Counted from the stretch's first letter, positions 41,524 through 51,772 are shown. The stretch: 64,000 nucleotides of DNA from Bacteroidota bacterium (GCA_037127755.1 JBAXXT010000004.1:20179-84178), one strand, 5' to 3'. The notes: generated from the sequence alone by a model not told the origin. Numbers and translations are program-made.

Positions 41524-42440
41524 TACTTAGCCGTTTCTTTTATTCCATCTTCATAGCTAGTAGGTTCGAACCCAAAATGCTGTTCAAATTTGGTTGAATC
41601 GAAAAGATAATCACTATCGCTTTGATATATCATTTCATAAGACTCCTTGATAGGTTTAATAAACAGTCCGGCTAATCGGATCATTAGTTTAGATAACACT
41701 GAATATTTATTAGGCTGATTCATAGCTTCCGCAGCTAATGCAATGAATTGTTTCCCCGTCAAAGGGTTTGACCTAGTTGGTAAGTGCCATGTTTGATTGT
41801 ATGCTGATTCGTCTTTAGCTAATAAATACAAAGCCTTGCCTGCATCTGGAATATAGGTTAAAGAATGTGGCACATCAACATTAACTAACCACTGTGCTTT
41901 TTTGCCTTTGGAAAAATTGTCAAAAACCAACATATTTGGCACGCTTGTTTTAGTAGCTGAGGAACCATAAAAATCTGCACTTCTAGCCACCATTCCAGTT
42001 AAAGCTCCCGATTTGATCTCACCTAATAATTCGTTCACAATAGTTGCTCTCAATACCCCTTTTTTACTGCAGGGATTAAAAGCTGTTTCTTCCGTCATCT
42101 TGCCATTTACTTTCCCATACATATATACATTATCAAAAAATATAAGCTTAGCGCCAGAAGCTTTGCATGCATTAATCGTATTTGACATTACGAGTGGCCA
42201 TTTCTGGGCCCATACCTTATAATCATATTCTAGTCCCACCAGCAAATAAACAATGGAAGATCCTTTTACAGCTTCTAGTGTTTGTTTTGCATCGCTGAGG
42301 TCAGCAGCCACTGATTCTACCCCATTAATTTGTTTCGGATGACGCGCAACGATACGAACCTTCTCTTTTGCATTCATTAAGATGGGTAATAATTCATTTG
42401 CTATGGCTCCACCAGCTCCTAATATTGTATGTAAATTCAT
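41514..42440 (-). CDS. Atypical SDR / NAD-dependent epimerase-dehydratase
   Basis: ILGAGGAIA Rossmann motif, DNVYMYG, SKKG..R, ARSADFYG, HSLTYIPD. Confidence 0.88.
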   Translation of the reverse strand: MNLHTILGAGGAIANELLPILMNAKEKVRIVARHPKQINGVESVAADLSDAKQTLEAVKGSSIVYLLVGLEYDYKVWAQKWPLVMSNTINACKASGAKLIFFDNVYMYGKVNGKMTEETAFNPCSKKGVLRATIVNELLGEIKSGALTGMVARSADFYGSSATKTSVPNMLVFDNFSKGKKAQWLVNVDVPHSLTYIPDAGKALYLLAKDESAYNQTWHLPTRSNPLTGKQFIALAAEAMNQPNKYSVLSKLMIRLAGLFIKPIKESYEMIYQSDSDYLFDSTKFEQHFGFEPTSYEDGIKETAKYYL

Positions 42441-42600
42441 AGTATAATAATTATGTATGTATGTTCCAAGTATTGTTCAAAATAGCCAAAATAGGTGAAA
42501 CAGCATTCATTTCGAAATTTTTTTCAGAATTAGATAATGTCGAAAACTTACTTTTCTAAAAATCTTTCCATTGCTTACTTTTGAAGCAGTTTCAGCAATT

Positions 42601-44397
42601 ATGGACAATTTCATCGTTTCAGCAAGAAAGTACCGCCCACAAAATTTTAATACGGTTATTGGGCAGCAGCATATTACAACTACATTAAAAAATGCTATCA
42701 GGAATAAACAGTTAGCACATGCATTTTTATTTTGCGGCCCGAGAGGGGTTGGCAAAACAACATGTGCACGTATTCTTGCAAAAACAATCAATTGTACCAA
42801 TCAAACACCAGAGGGAGAAGCCTGTAATACCTGCAACAGTTGTACTTCATTTGATGCAGGTACTTCTATGAACATTCATGAATTGGATGCTGCAAGTAAT
42901 AACTCGGTAGATGATATTCGTGCACTAGTAGAACAGGTTCGATTTGCGCCACAGGCAGGTAAATACAAAGTGTATATAGTAGATGAGGTACACATGTTAA
43001 GTGCTAATGCCTTCAATGCATTTTTAAAAACATTGGAAGAACCCCCACCTTACGCCATATTTATTTTGGCAACTACTGAGAAACATAAAATTTTGCCCAC
43101 CATTTTAAGTCGTTGTCAAATATTTGATTTTAAAAGAATCACAAATAATGATACAGTTGAACACTTACAAGAAATTGTAGACAAAGAATCTATCAAGGCG
43201 GATAAAGCAGCATTACAAGTTATTGCTCAAAAAAGCGAAGGCTGTATGCGCGACTCATTAAGTATACTTGATAAAATTGTAAGTTTTACAAATGGTATCG
43301 TTACTTATCAGAATACCCTTGAACATTTAAATATTTTAGACGACGATTACTATTTCAAATTACTGGAATCTATGCAAGCACAGGATCTGCCTGCTGCCCT
43401 GTTGCTTTTTGATGAAATAAATAGGAAAGGGTTTGAAGGCGATTTAGTGATAAATGGCTTTGCAGAATTTATCAGGAACTTATTGGTTTGTAAAGACCCG
43501 AAGTCTGCTTCACTTTTAGAAGTAGTGGAAGGCATGCAGTCAAAATACATTCTAGCCGCAGAAAAATCCGGCGTCTCTTTTTTGGTGAGTACCTTAAATA
43601 TATTAAATGAGTCTGAGATCAATTATAAAATGGCACGCAATAAAAGATTGCATGTTGAACTCACATTGATTAAACTAAACTTTCTACAGCAGGCAATTGA
43701 ACTATCTATAGATAATGGTCAACTTGTAAAAAAAAAACGAGTTGACGGGCCAATAGCTTTTAAACTAAAACAGGTTCCTCCCATTCAAATTAACTCGCAA
43801 GTTCCAGTTGACGTTCCTGCTACAAAACTATTTATTGAAACCACAAAATCCGCTGCCCCGGTTATTAAGCCAATAGAAGCGAAAGTAATTAAAACATCTT
43901 CTGACCCTGTAAAACCTAAAGCTCCTATTCAATTGGGTGGCACAAAAAAAGGATTACTTGAATCATTACGAGAAAAATATGGTGAGCAATATTCGATTGA
44001 AGAAGTGAAAGATGCTGAAGTGTTGAATATGGAAAAACTCAAATCCTTGTGGGATGCATTTACAATTACATTAGAAGAACAAAAAAAGCATTCTTCGTTT
44101 GGTACTTTTAAAATTGCTAGATTATCTATTGAGAACGATATTTTTTTTACCATCTCGGTTGGCTCAATCACCTCACAAAAATTTGTGGAACAGGATAGAA
44201 TGTCATTACTCGATTATCTTCAAAAAGGTTTTAACAATAGAAGTATTTCATTCGAAATATTGGTAGATGCTAGTGAGCAAGAAGAAGTGCCCGTTCACTT
44301 AAGGCTAAATAGTCGCCAAAAATTTGAAAGGATTGCAGAACAATTTCCATTGGTTCGAGAACTAAAAGATCGCTTGAAAATGGATATTGATTATTAA
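42601..44397 (+). CDS. dnaX: DNA polymerase III subunit tau/gamma
   Basis: ARKYRPQ, GPRGVGKT, zinc-module Cys, ELDAASN, DEVHML, SRCQ; start ATG 42601 after -7 TACTTTTG (42576-42583). Confidence 0.97.
   Translation: MDNFIVSARKYRPQNFNTVIGQQHITTTLKNAIRNKQLAHAFLFCGPRGVGKTTCARILAKTINCTNQTPEGEACNTCNSCTSFDAGTSMNIHELDAASNNSVDDIRALVEQVRFAPQAGKYKVYIVDEVHMLSANAFNAFLKTLEEPPPYAIFILATTEKHKILPTILSRCQIFDFKRITNNDTVEHLQEIVDKESIKADKAALQVIAQKSEGCMRDSLSILDKIVSFTNGIVTYQNTLEHLNILDDDYYFKLLESMQAQDLPAALLLFDEINRKGFEGDLVINGFAEFIRNLLVCKDPKSASLLEVVEGMQSKYILAAEKSGVSFLVSTLNILNESEINYKMARNKRLHVELTLIKLNFLQQAIELSIDNGQLVKKKRVDGPIAFKLKQVPPIQINSQVPVDVPATKLFIETTKSAAPVIKPIEAKVIKTSSDPVKPKAPIQLGGTKKGLLESLREKYGEQYSIEEVKDAEVLNMEKLKSLWDAFTITLEEQKKHSSFGTFKIARLSIENDIFFTISVGSITSQKFVEQDRMSLLDYLQKGFNNRSISFEILVDASEQEEVPVHLRLNSRQKFERIAEQFPLVRELKDRLKMDIDY
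43728..43737 (+). other. A10 slippage-prone run in dnaX
   Basis: GTA AAA AAA AAA CGA; stops TGA 43743-43745 and TAG 43754-43756 in the two alternative frames. Confidence 0.65.
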
Positions 44398-44400
44398 GAA

Positions 44401-44736
44401 TTACTTCGATTGTGTGTACCCATTCTTAACTAACCAAGGTAAAATTTTCATACGCTGATCTCCTTGTATAATGATCTCGCTATCTTTTGCAGATCCACCA
44501 GTGCCGCAGAAATTTTTTAATTGCTTACCCAATATTTCAAGATCAGATTCAGTGCCAATATAGCCAGTTATTAATGTTACAGCTTTACCTGCGCGATGTT
44601 TCGTTTCTAAACGCACGCGAAGTTTTTGTTGGGCAGGAATAAGTGTTTCCATTTTTTCATCATTAGATTCGAACGAAAAATTTGGATCCGTACTAAATAC
44701 AAAACCGCGGGTATCTGGTTTATTCTTTTTTGACAT
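44401..44736 (-). CDS. yciH: SUI1/YciH translation initiation factor homolog
   Basis: RAGKAVTLI, LKNFCGTGGS and IIIQGD motifs. Confidence 0.92.
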   Translation of the reverse strand: MSKKNKPDTRGFVFSTDPNFSFESNDEKMETLIPAQQKLRVRLETKHRAGKAVTLITGYIGTESDLEILGKQLKNFCGTGGSAKDSEIIIQGDQRMKILPWLVKNGYTQSK

Positions 44737-44757
44737 AAATTACAATTGAATCAACAA

Positions 44758-45618
44758 CTAAGAGAAACTAGCTTTTAAACTAAGATCAAGACTTTGGGCT
44801 TGATGAATCAGCGCTCCTACACTTACATAATCAACCCCAGTTGTTGCGTACGCTATAATATTATTCAAATCAATTCCCCCACTGGCTTCCGTTTCAAATG
44901 CACCTTGAATTAATTGAACAGCTATTGCCACATCGGAGGGTTTAAAATTATCCAACATGATGCGAAATACTTTTCCTTTCCCAATGGCTATTACTTTTTC
45001 AACATCAGCCAATGATCTGGTTTCTACTTCAATTTTTAAATCTTTTTTACCCAACTGTACATAGCTCCAAGCTTTATTAATTGCGGGTTCGATACCCCCG
45101 CAATAATCAATATGATTGTCTTTCAACATAATCATATCATACAAAGCATAACGGTGATTTACACCTCCCCCAATTCGAACAGCTTCTTTTTCTAAGAGTC
45201 TAAAATTAGGTGTTGTTTTTCTGGTGTCTAGTATCCGGGTATGAAATCCCTCTAATAAGGAACTATACTTTTTTGTAAGTGTTGCAATACCACTCATTCG
45301 TTGCATACAATTCAAAACCAATCTTTCGCAACTTAAAATGGTAGCAACTTTTGCAGTAACATCAAAGGCTATTTCACCATTAACCATCTGATCTCCATCC
45401 ACTTTTTTTGCATTAAAAATAGCAGTAGGCTCTACTAGATGAAAAATCCGTTCGGCTACTTTTATGCCAGCCAATATTCCGTCTTGCTTTATTTTCAATA
45501 CTGCTTTACCCTGAACAGAGGGTTCAATACAACTTAAAGTTGAATGGTCCCCATCACCTATATCTTCATGTAAAGCAGAGAGAATTAAAAGATCGAGTAG
45601 TTCCTGATAAGATTGCAT
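44758..45618 (-). CDS. nadC: Quinolinate phosphoribosyltransferase
   Basis: EDIGDGDHST, DTRKTTP, HRYALYDMIMLKDNH, EVETRS, MLDNF and EASGG motifs. Confidence 0.98.
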   Translation of the reverse strand: MQSYQELLDLLILSALHEDIGDGDHSTLSCIEPSVQGKAVLKIKQDGILAGIKVAERIFHLVEPTAIFNAKKVDGDQMVNGEIAFDVTAKVATILSCERLVLNCMQRMSGIATLTKKYSSLLEGFHTRILDTRKTTPNFRLLEKEAVRIGGGVNHRYALYDMIMLKDNHIDYCGGIEPAINKAWSYVQLGKKDLKIEVETRSLADVEKVIAIGKGKVFRIMLDNFKPSDVAIAVQLIQGAFETEASGGIDLNNIIAYATTGVDYVSVGALIHQAQSLDLSLKASFS

Positions 45619-45646
45619 GTTACAAATCTAGGACTTCTGATAAAAT

Positions 45647-46027
45647 CTAATTGATTCGAATCGTAATAATCTGGTGTTTCCCGCCTTTGGCTTTTAACAA
45701 CACAGTCATATTATAAGGTTTACCAGAGCTGGTAAGTTTTCCTGTTATATATAAAGTACTTCCAATTTCACGATTAGATCCCATATCAAATCCATTGATA
45801 TTATTATCTTCAAAGAACATTTTTAAGGCCAGCCCGGCTTGGTTACGACCCATATTCTTAACCTCTTCCTTGTCCAAAAACTTTAGATCAATATAATCAT
45901 CGAAATATTGAGCAATTTCTTCCGTATTAGCAGATTTAAATGCTTTCACAACCGCTTCTGTATCCCCTTGTTGAGCAAATGCTAAGAAACTGACGGCTAA
46001 CCCTATTGTTAAGAATACTTTTTTCAT
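45647..46027 (-). CDS. DUF4783-like secreted protein
   Basis: MKK signal peptide at ATG 46027; AFKSAN..EIAQYFD..IDL and QAGLALKMFF motifs; upstream of nadC. Confidence 0.75.
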   Translation of the reverse strand: MKKVFLTIGLAVSFLAFAQQGDTEAVVKAFKSANTEEIAQYFDDYIDLKFLDKEEVKNMGRNQAGLALKMFFEDNNINGFDMGSNREIGSTLYITGKLTSSGKPYNMTVLLKAKGGKHQIITIRIN

Positions 46028-46134
46028 GTGCTTGTTTTCTAATCTATCTGTTACATAAAACATGCCAAATTCGATACATTGAACTTGTTTGGCTAAATTA
46101 GCAGCAAATATCTAGTAAAAAATAACATTTAGAG

Positions 46135-47655
46135 ATGAGTAAGAAAGTGATTTTAGCGATAATGGACGGATGGGGATTAGGTAAAGTTCCCAGCGCGGAT
46201 GCCATTCAACAAGCACACCCTGCATTTGTAAGTAGTTTATACAGTCAGTACCCCAATACTACCCTTATAACCTGTGGTGAAGAGGTAGGTTTGCCCGATG
46301 GACAAATGGGAAACAGCGAAGTAGGTCACTTAAATCTCGGTGCAGGCAGGATCGTTTATCAGGAATTGCAACGTATCAACGTGGCCATCCGAACTGGCGA
46401 ATTGGCATCAAATGAGATTTTATTAGGTACTATTAGGAAAGCAAAAACAAATAATAAACCACTTCATTTATTGGGATTATTGAGCGACGGTGGGGTGCAT
46501 TCACATACAAGTCATCTAAAAGCAATCCTGAATGTTTGTAAAGCAGAAGGATTAACAGAAGTTTATATTCATGTGTTTACAGACGGTAGAGACACTGATC
46601 CCAAGAGCGGCTTAGGTTATGTAACCGACCTGGAAAAATTCTTACCGGGTTCAGTTGGAAAAATCGCCACAGTAAGTGGAAGATACTATGCAATGGACCG
46701 TGACAAAAGATGGGAAAGAGTAAAATTGGCTTATGATGGATTAGTGAATGCAGTTGGACCAACTGCCACAAGCGCCATTGAAGCTGTTGAAAGTTCTTAT
46801 GCTACAAATGTTTCAGATGAATTTATTCTACCCTCTATTATTGTAGATGCGAATAAAAAACCAATTGCTAAGATTCAATCAGGAGATGTGGCAATCTGTT
46901 ATAATTTCAGAACCGATCGTTGTAGAGAAATCACAGAGGTTCTAACTCAGAACGACCATACTGATTTTGGTATGCATAAATTAGATCTGACTTATACAAC
47001 TATGACCATGTATGATCAGAAATTCAAAAACGTGTCTGCGATTTTTGAAAATGATAATTTATTAAATACACTGGGACAGGTGTTGGAAGCAAACGGAAAG
47101 AAGCAAATTAGAATTGCTGAGACTGAAAAATATCCGCACGTTACTTTTTTCTTTAGTGGTGGTAGAGAAGATCCATATACTGGCGAAAGTAGAATTATGT
47201 TACCATCACCTAAGGTTGCTACTTATGATCTACAACCTGAAATGAGTGCCGTTGAAATTACAGACAAACTGGTTCCGGAAATTGAAAATGAAACAGCAGA
47301 TTTCATCTGCCTGAACTTTGCAAATACGGATATGGTAGGTCATACGGGCGTATTCAGTGCCGCAATAATTGCTGCCCAGACTGTTGATGCTTGTGTGAAA
47401 AGAGTGGTAACAGCAGCTTTAGCGCACGATTACACAGTATTCCTAACGGCAGACCATGGTAATGCTGATTTCATGATTAACGAAGATGGCACCCCAAATA
47501 CAGCACATACTTTAAATCCGGTACCATTTTTCATTATTGATAAAGAATGGAGGGGGCCTATTAAACCAGGTAAATTAGGAGATCTGGCACCTACTATTTT
47601 AAAGGTAATGGGTCTTGAAATTCCAAAAGAAATGACAGGTAATATTCTCATATAA
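46135..47655 (+). CDS. gpmI: 2,3-BPG-independent phosphoglycerate mutase
   Basis: IMDGWG, GQMGNSEVGH, SDGGVHS, GRYYAMDRD, AETEKYPHVT and TADHGN motifs. Confidence 0.98.
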   Translation: MSKKVILAIMDGWGLGKVPSADAIQQAHPAFVSSLYSQYPNTTLITCGEEVGLPDGQMGNSEVGHLNLGAGRIVYQELQRINVAIRTGELASNEILLGTIRKAKTNNKPLHLLGLLSDGGVHSHTSHLKAILNVCKAEGLTEVYIHVFTDGRDTDPKSGLGYVTDLEKFLPGSVGKIATVSGRYYAMDRDKRWERVKLAYDGLVNAVGPTATSAIEAVESSYATNVSDEFILPSIIVDANKKPIAKIQSGDVAICYNFRTDRCREITEVLTQNDHTDFGMHKLDLTYTTMTMYDQKFKNVSAIFENDNLLNTLGQVLEANGKKQIRIAETEKYPHVTFFFSGGREDPYTGESRIMLPSPKVATYDLQPEMSAVEITDKLVPEIENETADFICLNFANTDMVGHTGVFSAAIIAAQTVDACVKRVVTAALAHDYTVFLTADHGNADFMINEDGTPNTAHTLNPVPFFIIDKEWRGPIKPGKLGDLAPTILKVMGLEIPKEMTGNILI

Positions 47656-47665
47656 AAATATAATC

Positions 47666-48151
47666 ATGAAAAAAGTAGGAATTGGGCTTCTTGTAATTTT
47701 AATTTTATTACAAGCCTATCGACCAGCAAAAAACGATTCTAAAAAATTAGATAATGATATTTCAAAGTCTTACGTAGTTCCAGATGATGTGAAACAGATA
47801 ATTGCAAAAGCATGTAACGACTGTCATAGCAATAACACTTCTTATCCTTGGTATAGCAATATTCAGCCATTAAGACTTTGGTTAGATTATCATGTGAACG
47901 ATGGAAAAAAACATATGAATTTCAATGAGTTCAATAGTTACCAAATTGCTCGTCAGTATAAAAAACTGGACGAGTGTATCGAGGAGGTCAAAGAAGGTGA
48001 AATGCCTTTAGAATCCTATACACTGATACATAAGGAGGCCAAATTGACTGATAATGAAAAACAAAAATTATTTGACTGGTGCACTACAGTAAGGGATAGT
48101 ATTAAAGCAAGATATCCCGCTGATAGTTTGGTATTACCGAAAAGAAAATAA
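47666..48151 (+). CDS. Haem-binding-domain c-type cytochrome
   Basis: N-terminal anchor, ACNDCHSNNT (CxxCH), YPWYS, GEMPL..Y...H motifs. Confidence 0.85.
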   Translation: MKKVGIGLLVILILLQAYRPAKNDSKKLDNDISKSYVVPDDVKQIIAKACNDCHSNNTSYPWYSNIQPLRLWLDYHVNDGKKHMNFNEFNSYQIARQYKKLDECIEEVKEGEMPLESYTLIHKEAKLTDNEKQKLFDWCTTVRDSIKARYPADSLVLPKRK

Positions 48152-48153
48152 AT

Positions 48154-48792
48154 ATGGAAATTACTGCTGCTAAATACAATATATCATCTGCCCTGATCAC
48201 CCAATGTCCGAAACCAGACCGGCCGGAATATGCTTTTATAGGAAGGAGTAATGTAGGTAAATCATCACTAATCAATCTGCTCACTAAACAGAAAAACCTG
48301 GCCAAAACATCGGGCACCCCTGGAAAAACGCAATTGATTAATCATTTTGATATCGAAAGCTCAGGGGCTTTAAAAGGACCAAAAGAAAAGTGGTATTTAG
48401 TAGATCTTCCAGGTTATGGTTATGCAAAACGATCCATTTCTGATAGGAATCGTTGGGAGCAAATGATAGACGGATACATCCGCAAAAGAGAAAATTTGAT
48501 GCAGGTTTTTGTCTTAATTGATAGCCGACATACCCCACAGAAAAATGATTTAGAATTTGTTAACCAATTAGATCATTGGCAAATACCTTTCAGTTTAATC
48601 TTTACAAAATCTGATAAAGAAAAACCAGGAGTTGTGGCCAGAAATGTACAGGCATTTATGGATAAGCTGAGAGAAACATGGCAATTTCTTCCTCGTCATT
48701 TTGTAACAAGCGCTGAAAAGAAAATGGGCAGAGAAGAAATTTTAGCCTTATTGCAGCAGATGAATAATGAATTCAAAAATACGAAAGAATAA
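48154..48792 (+). CDS. engB: Ribosome biogenesis GTPase YihA/YsxC
   Basis: G1 GRSNVGKSS, G2 TPGKT, G3 DLPGYG, G4 TKSD. Confidence 0.96.
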   Translation: MEITAAKYNISSALITQCPKPDRPEYAFIGRSNVGKSSLINLLTKQKNLAKTSGTPGKTQLINHFDIESSGALKGPKEKWYLVDLPGYGYAKRSISDRNRWEQMIDGYIRKRENLMQVFVLIDSRHTPQKNDLEFVNQLDHWQIPFSLIFTKSDKEKPGVVARNVQAFMDKLRETWQFLPRHFVTSAEKKMGREEILALLQQMNNEFKNTKE

Positions 48793-48853
48793 AGTGGATA
48801 GGGTTACAGTTGAATCAGAAATGAAGCAACAATATTTGTATTCAAACTGTAAT

Positions 48854-49327
48854 TTAGTTGCAGATCTTATCTGCACAACAACTGCTAGCAAATGCTTCAG
48901 GCTTGGCTTTGAAGGCAAAGCCCATTCCTAAAATATAACCCATTGCTTCACGTAATGCATCGTTGCTTTTGAATTGCGGATTGGTATTTATGTCTGCATG
49001 AACTTCCATTTCAATATGGTGTTCAATGAACAGGTCGCACAATTCATAAGCCACTTCAATACTTTTTGCAACTTCCACCAGCATTCTTTCTTTAATATGG
49101 TATTTTGTTTTTGTTTTTTCATTGTGGATATACATAAATCCACCATTGTGCTCTCTTAAAAAAACAATTACAGTTGCAAATTCTGTATCCTCGCCTTTTA
49201 CCTGACTATCAGTGCCGATACAGACTTTCAGTTTAATGCGTTTTTCTGTCTCTTGAATAATAGCATTTTCCACCGCTTGTTTGATGGGTAAATTAATCAG
49301 CTCTCCGTTAAATTTTCGCCAACGCAT
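48854..49327 (-). CDS. YkuK-like RNase H-fold protein (DUF458)
   Basis: VCIGTDSQ, FATVIV, RM..EV..S, EVHADIN and KPEAFASSCCAD motifs. Confidence 0.85.
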   Translation of the reverse strand: MRWRKFNGELINLPIKQAVENAIIQETEKRIKLKVCIGTDSQVKGEDTEFATVIVFLREHNGGFMYIHNEKTKTKYHIKERMLVEVAKSIEVAYELCDLFIEHHIEMEVHADINTNPQFKSNDALREAMGYILGMGFAFKAKPEAFASSCCADKICN

Positions 49328-49516
49328 AAGATTGATGTTTTTGTAATTTACCGAATAAAGTCTGCGAAAACTTTACTTGGAAATGAAGTTATTATTAACA
49401 GAGGGTGGAAAACCTCATTTGAACTGTGGCGCATTGGGGGTAACTCAATAAGCAATATTGTCATATTTTAAAGAATAGTACGGATATTGTTCTACTGTAA
49501 AACCTAATAAAATTCA

Positions 49517-51292
49517 ATGAAAATACTCTTAACGTACCTCAAGCCATATAAATGGCATATCATTCTGGCATTAGGGCTTGCCGGAATTAACCAAACCTTT
49601 TCGATGTTCGACCCCATGATCTTTGGGAAGTTGATCGACCGTTTTGCAAGTCATCCAAAAGTTGCAGACAATGGCGCTATTAGAGATGAAAGCACCTATG
49701 TAAGAGGTCTTGGCTTTATGCTGTTCTTATTAGTTGGAACTGCAATGGTGAGTAGAATTGCTAAGGCATTTCAGGATTATACCGTGAATGTGATTATTCA
49801 GAAATTTGGTGCTAAGATTTTTACAGATGGACTAAAGCATTCTATGCGTCTCCCCTACCAGGAATTTGAAGACCAAAGAAGTGGCGAAACCTTGTCGATC
49901 TTAACAAAAGTAAGAAGTGATACAGAGAAGTTTATTGGATACGTGATTAATGTATTATTTGGAATTTTAGTAAGTGTGATTTTTGTATCCATTTATGCTA
50001 CTCGTTTACATTGGTCAATTATGCCAATTTACATGGGGGGTGCTTTTTTAATTGCGGTAGTGACCAATTTATTGAGCAAAAAAATAAAATCCATTCAAAA
50101 AAATATTGTCAAAGAAACTACTTCGCTTGCTGGTTCTACCACCGAAAGTTTACGCAATATTGAATTAGTAAAAAGTCTTGGGCTTACAGATCAGGAGGTA
50201 AAAAGATTAAACACGAATACCTATAAGATTCTTGGATTAGAACTTAGAAAAGTAAAAAACATTCGTTCTCTGAGTTTTATTCAGGGAACAATGGTGAACT
50301 TTTTACGCCAGGTAATTACGTTTACATTGATGTGGTTATTGTTTAGAGAAGTATTAACTGTTGGTCAGCTGATATCTTTACAATTCTATAGCTTCTTCAT
50401 TTTTGGACCGCTACAAGAAATTGGAAGTATTATTATTAGTTATCGTGAAGCCGAAGCTTCGATGAGTAATTTCCACAACCTCATGCTAAAGAATGTAGAG
50501 CCTAAACCATTAGAGCCGAAGCAAGTTGGTATGATTGAAGAATTAGAATTCAGGAATATTGCCTTCAAGCATCAAACAGCCCAATACAAAGCCCTCGACG
50601 ATATTTCATTTAATGTAAAGCGGGGTGAAACAATTGCTTTTGTAGGTCCCTCCGGAGCAGGAAAAAGCACTTTAGTAAAACTTTTAGTAGGGTTATATAG
50701 AACACAGAATGGAACTATATTCTATAATGGAATTGATGGTCATGAAATAGATTTCGATGAGCTTCGTAATCAAATAGGATTTGTTACACAAGACACCCAG
50801 TTATTTGCAGGAACCATTCGTGAGAATCTAACCTTTGTATTTCCAGAAGCAACAGATGATGAAGTAAGAGATGCACTTCATAAAGCAAGCTGCGATAATC
50901 TTTTATTCAGAGCCGAAAAAGGATTGGATACGATGATTGGTGAGGGTGGCTTAAAATTAAGTGGGGGTGAAAAGCAGCGACTGTCTATTGCCAGAGCACT
51001 TTTGCGTCATCCACATTTGCTCATTTTTGATGAAGCAACTTCTTCTTTAGATAGCATCACAGAAGAAGAAATCACCAATACCATCCGCAGAATATCTACG
51101 GAAAAAGAACAGATCACGGTAATGATTGCACACCGTTTAAGTACGATCATGCACGCAGACAGGATCTATGTACTTGAAAAAGGACAGGTAGTAGAAACTG
51201 GAAGTCACCATCATTTATTGGAAGAAAAAGGATTGTACTACGCGATGTGGCGTCAGCAAATTGGAGAAAGAAAAATGCTAGCTACAGTTTAA
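49517..51292 (+). CDS. ABC exporter, fused TMD-NBD
   Basis: TM domain; GPSGAGKS, LSGGEKQR and IFDEATSS motifs. Confidence 0.93.
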   Translation: MKILLTYLKPYKWHIILALGLAGINQTFSMFDPMIFGKLIDRFASHPKVADNGAIRDESTYVRGLGFMLFLLVGTAMVSRIAKAFQDYTVNVIIQKFGAKIFTDGLKHSMRLPYQEFEDQRSGETLSILTKVRSDTEKFIGYVINVLFGILVSVIFVSIYATRLHWSIMPIYMGGAFLIAVVTNLLSKKIKSIQKNIVKETTSLAGSTTESLRNIELVKSLGLTDQEVKRLNTNTYKILGLELRKVKNIRSLSFIQGTMVNFLRQVITFTLMWLLFREVLTVGQLISLQFYSFFIFGPLQEIGSIIISYREAEASMSNFHNLMLKNVEPKPLEPKQVGMIEELEFRNIAFKHQTAQYKALDDISFNVKRGETIAFVGPSGAGKSTLVKLLVGLYRTQNGTIFYNGIDGHEIDFDELRNQIGFVTQDTQLFAGTIRENLTFVFPEATDDEVRDALHKASCDNLLFRAEKGLDTMIGEGGLKLSGGEKQRLSIARALLRHPHLLIFDEATSSLDSITEEEITNTIRRISTEKEQITVMIAHRLSTIMHADRIYVLEKGQVVETGSHHHLLEEKGLYYAMWRQQIGERKMLATV

Positions 51293-51294
51293 AG

Positions 51295-51328
51295 AAAAAA
51301 GGCAGGATTTAAGATCCTGCCTTTTTTT
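51295..51328. terminator. Bidirectional intrinsic terminator
   Basis: A6-GGCAGGAT-TTAAG-ATCCTGCC-T7 between convergent genes. Confidence 0.88.
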
Positions 51329-51764
51329 AAAACTTACTTTTAATATACTCGATCATACTAGGATTTTCTAATCCTTCCATATCACTCAATTCAAGTTCTA
51401 TTGCTTTATTACTCATCATAATTTCTATAAACGAAAATATCAATGAAGCTGTAAAAGCTAGTAAACTGGCAGCAAAGAAAATATTTGCAATAAACTTCTC
51501 ATCAATATAAAGCAGAAATATACAGAAAATGGCTGCGATAAAAGTTAGGATCCCTAATCCTTGCATATGCTTGATTAGTTTCAATCGATAGCGTAAACTT
51601 TTAATCTGCGCATGTATCGTTTTATTCTCCTGCTTAGTGTCAATATATTTGTCATGAAGGCTTCTAACACGATTCGACAATGCAAGAAATCTATTGGTAT
51701 ATGCAAGCATCACCAAACTAATTGCAGGGAATAATAGTGCAGGGGTATTTATAGAAATGTCCAT
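51327..51764 (-). CDS. DUF2721-like small membrane protein
   Basis: TPALLFPAISLVMLAYTNRFLAL..RVR.LH and QI..L..RL.LIK.MQ motifs. Confidence 0.85.
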   Translation of the reverse strand: MDISINTPALLFPAISLVMLAYTNRFLALSNRVRSLHDKYIDTKQENKTIHAQIKSLRYRLKLIKHMQGLGILTFIAAIFCIFLLYIDEKFIANIFFAASLLAFTASLIFSFIEIMMSNKAIELELSDMEGLENPSMIEYIKSKF

Positions 51765-51772
51765 ACTTAAAA

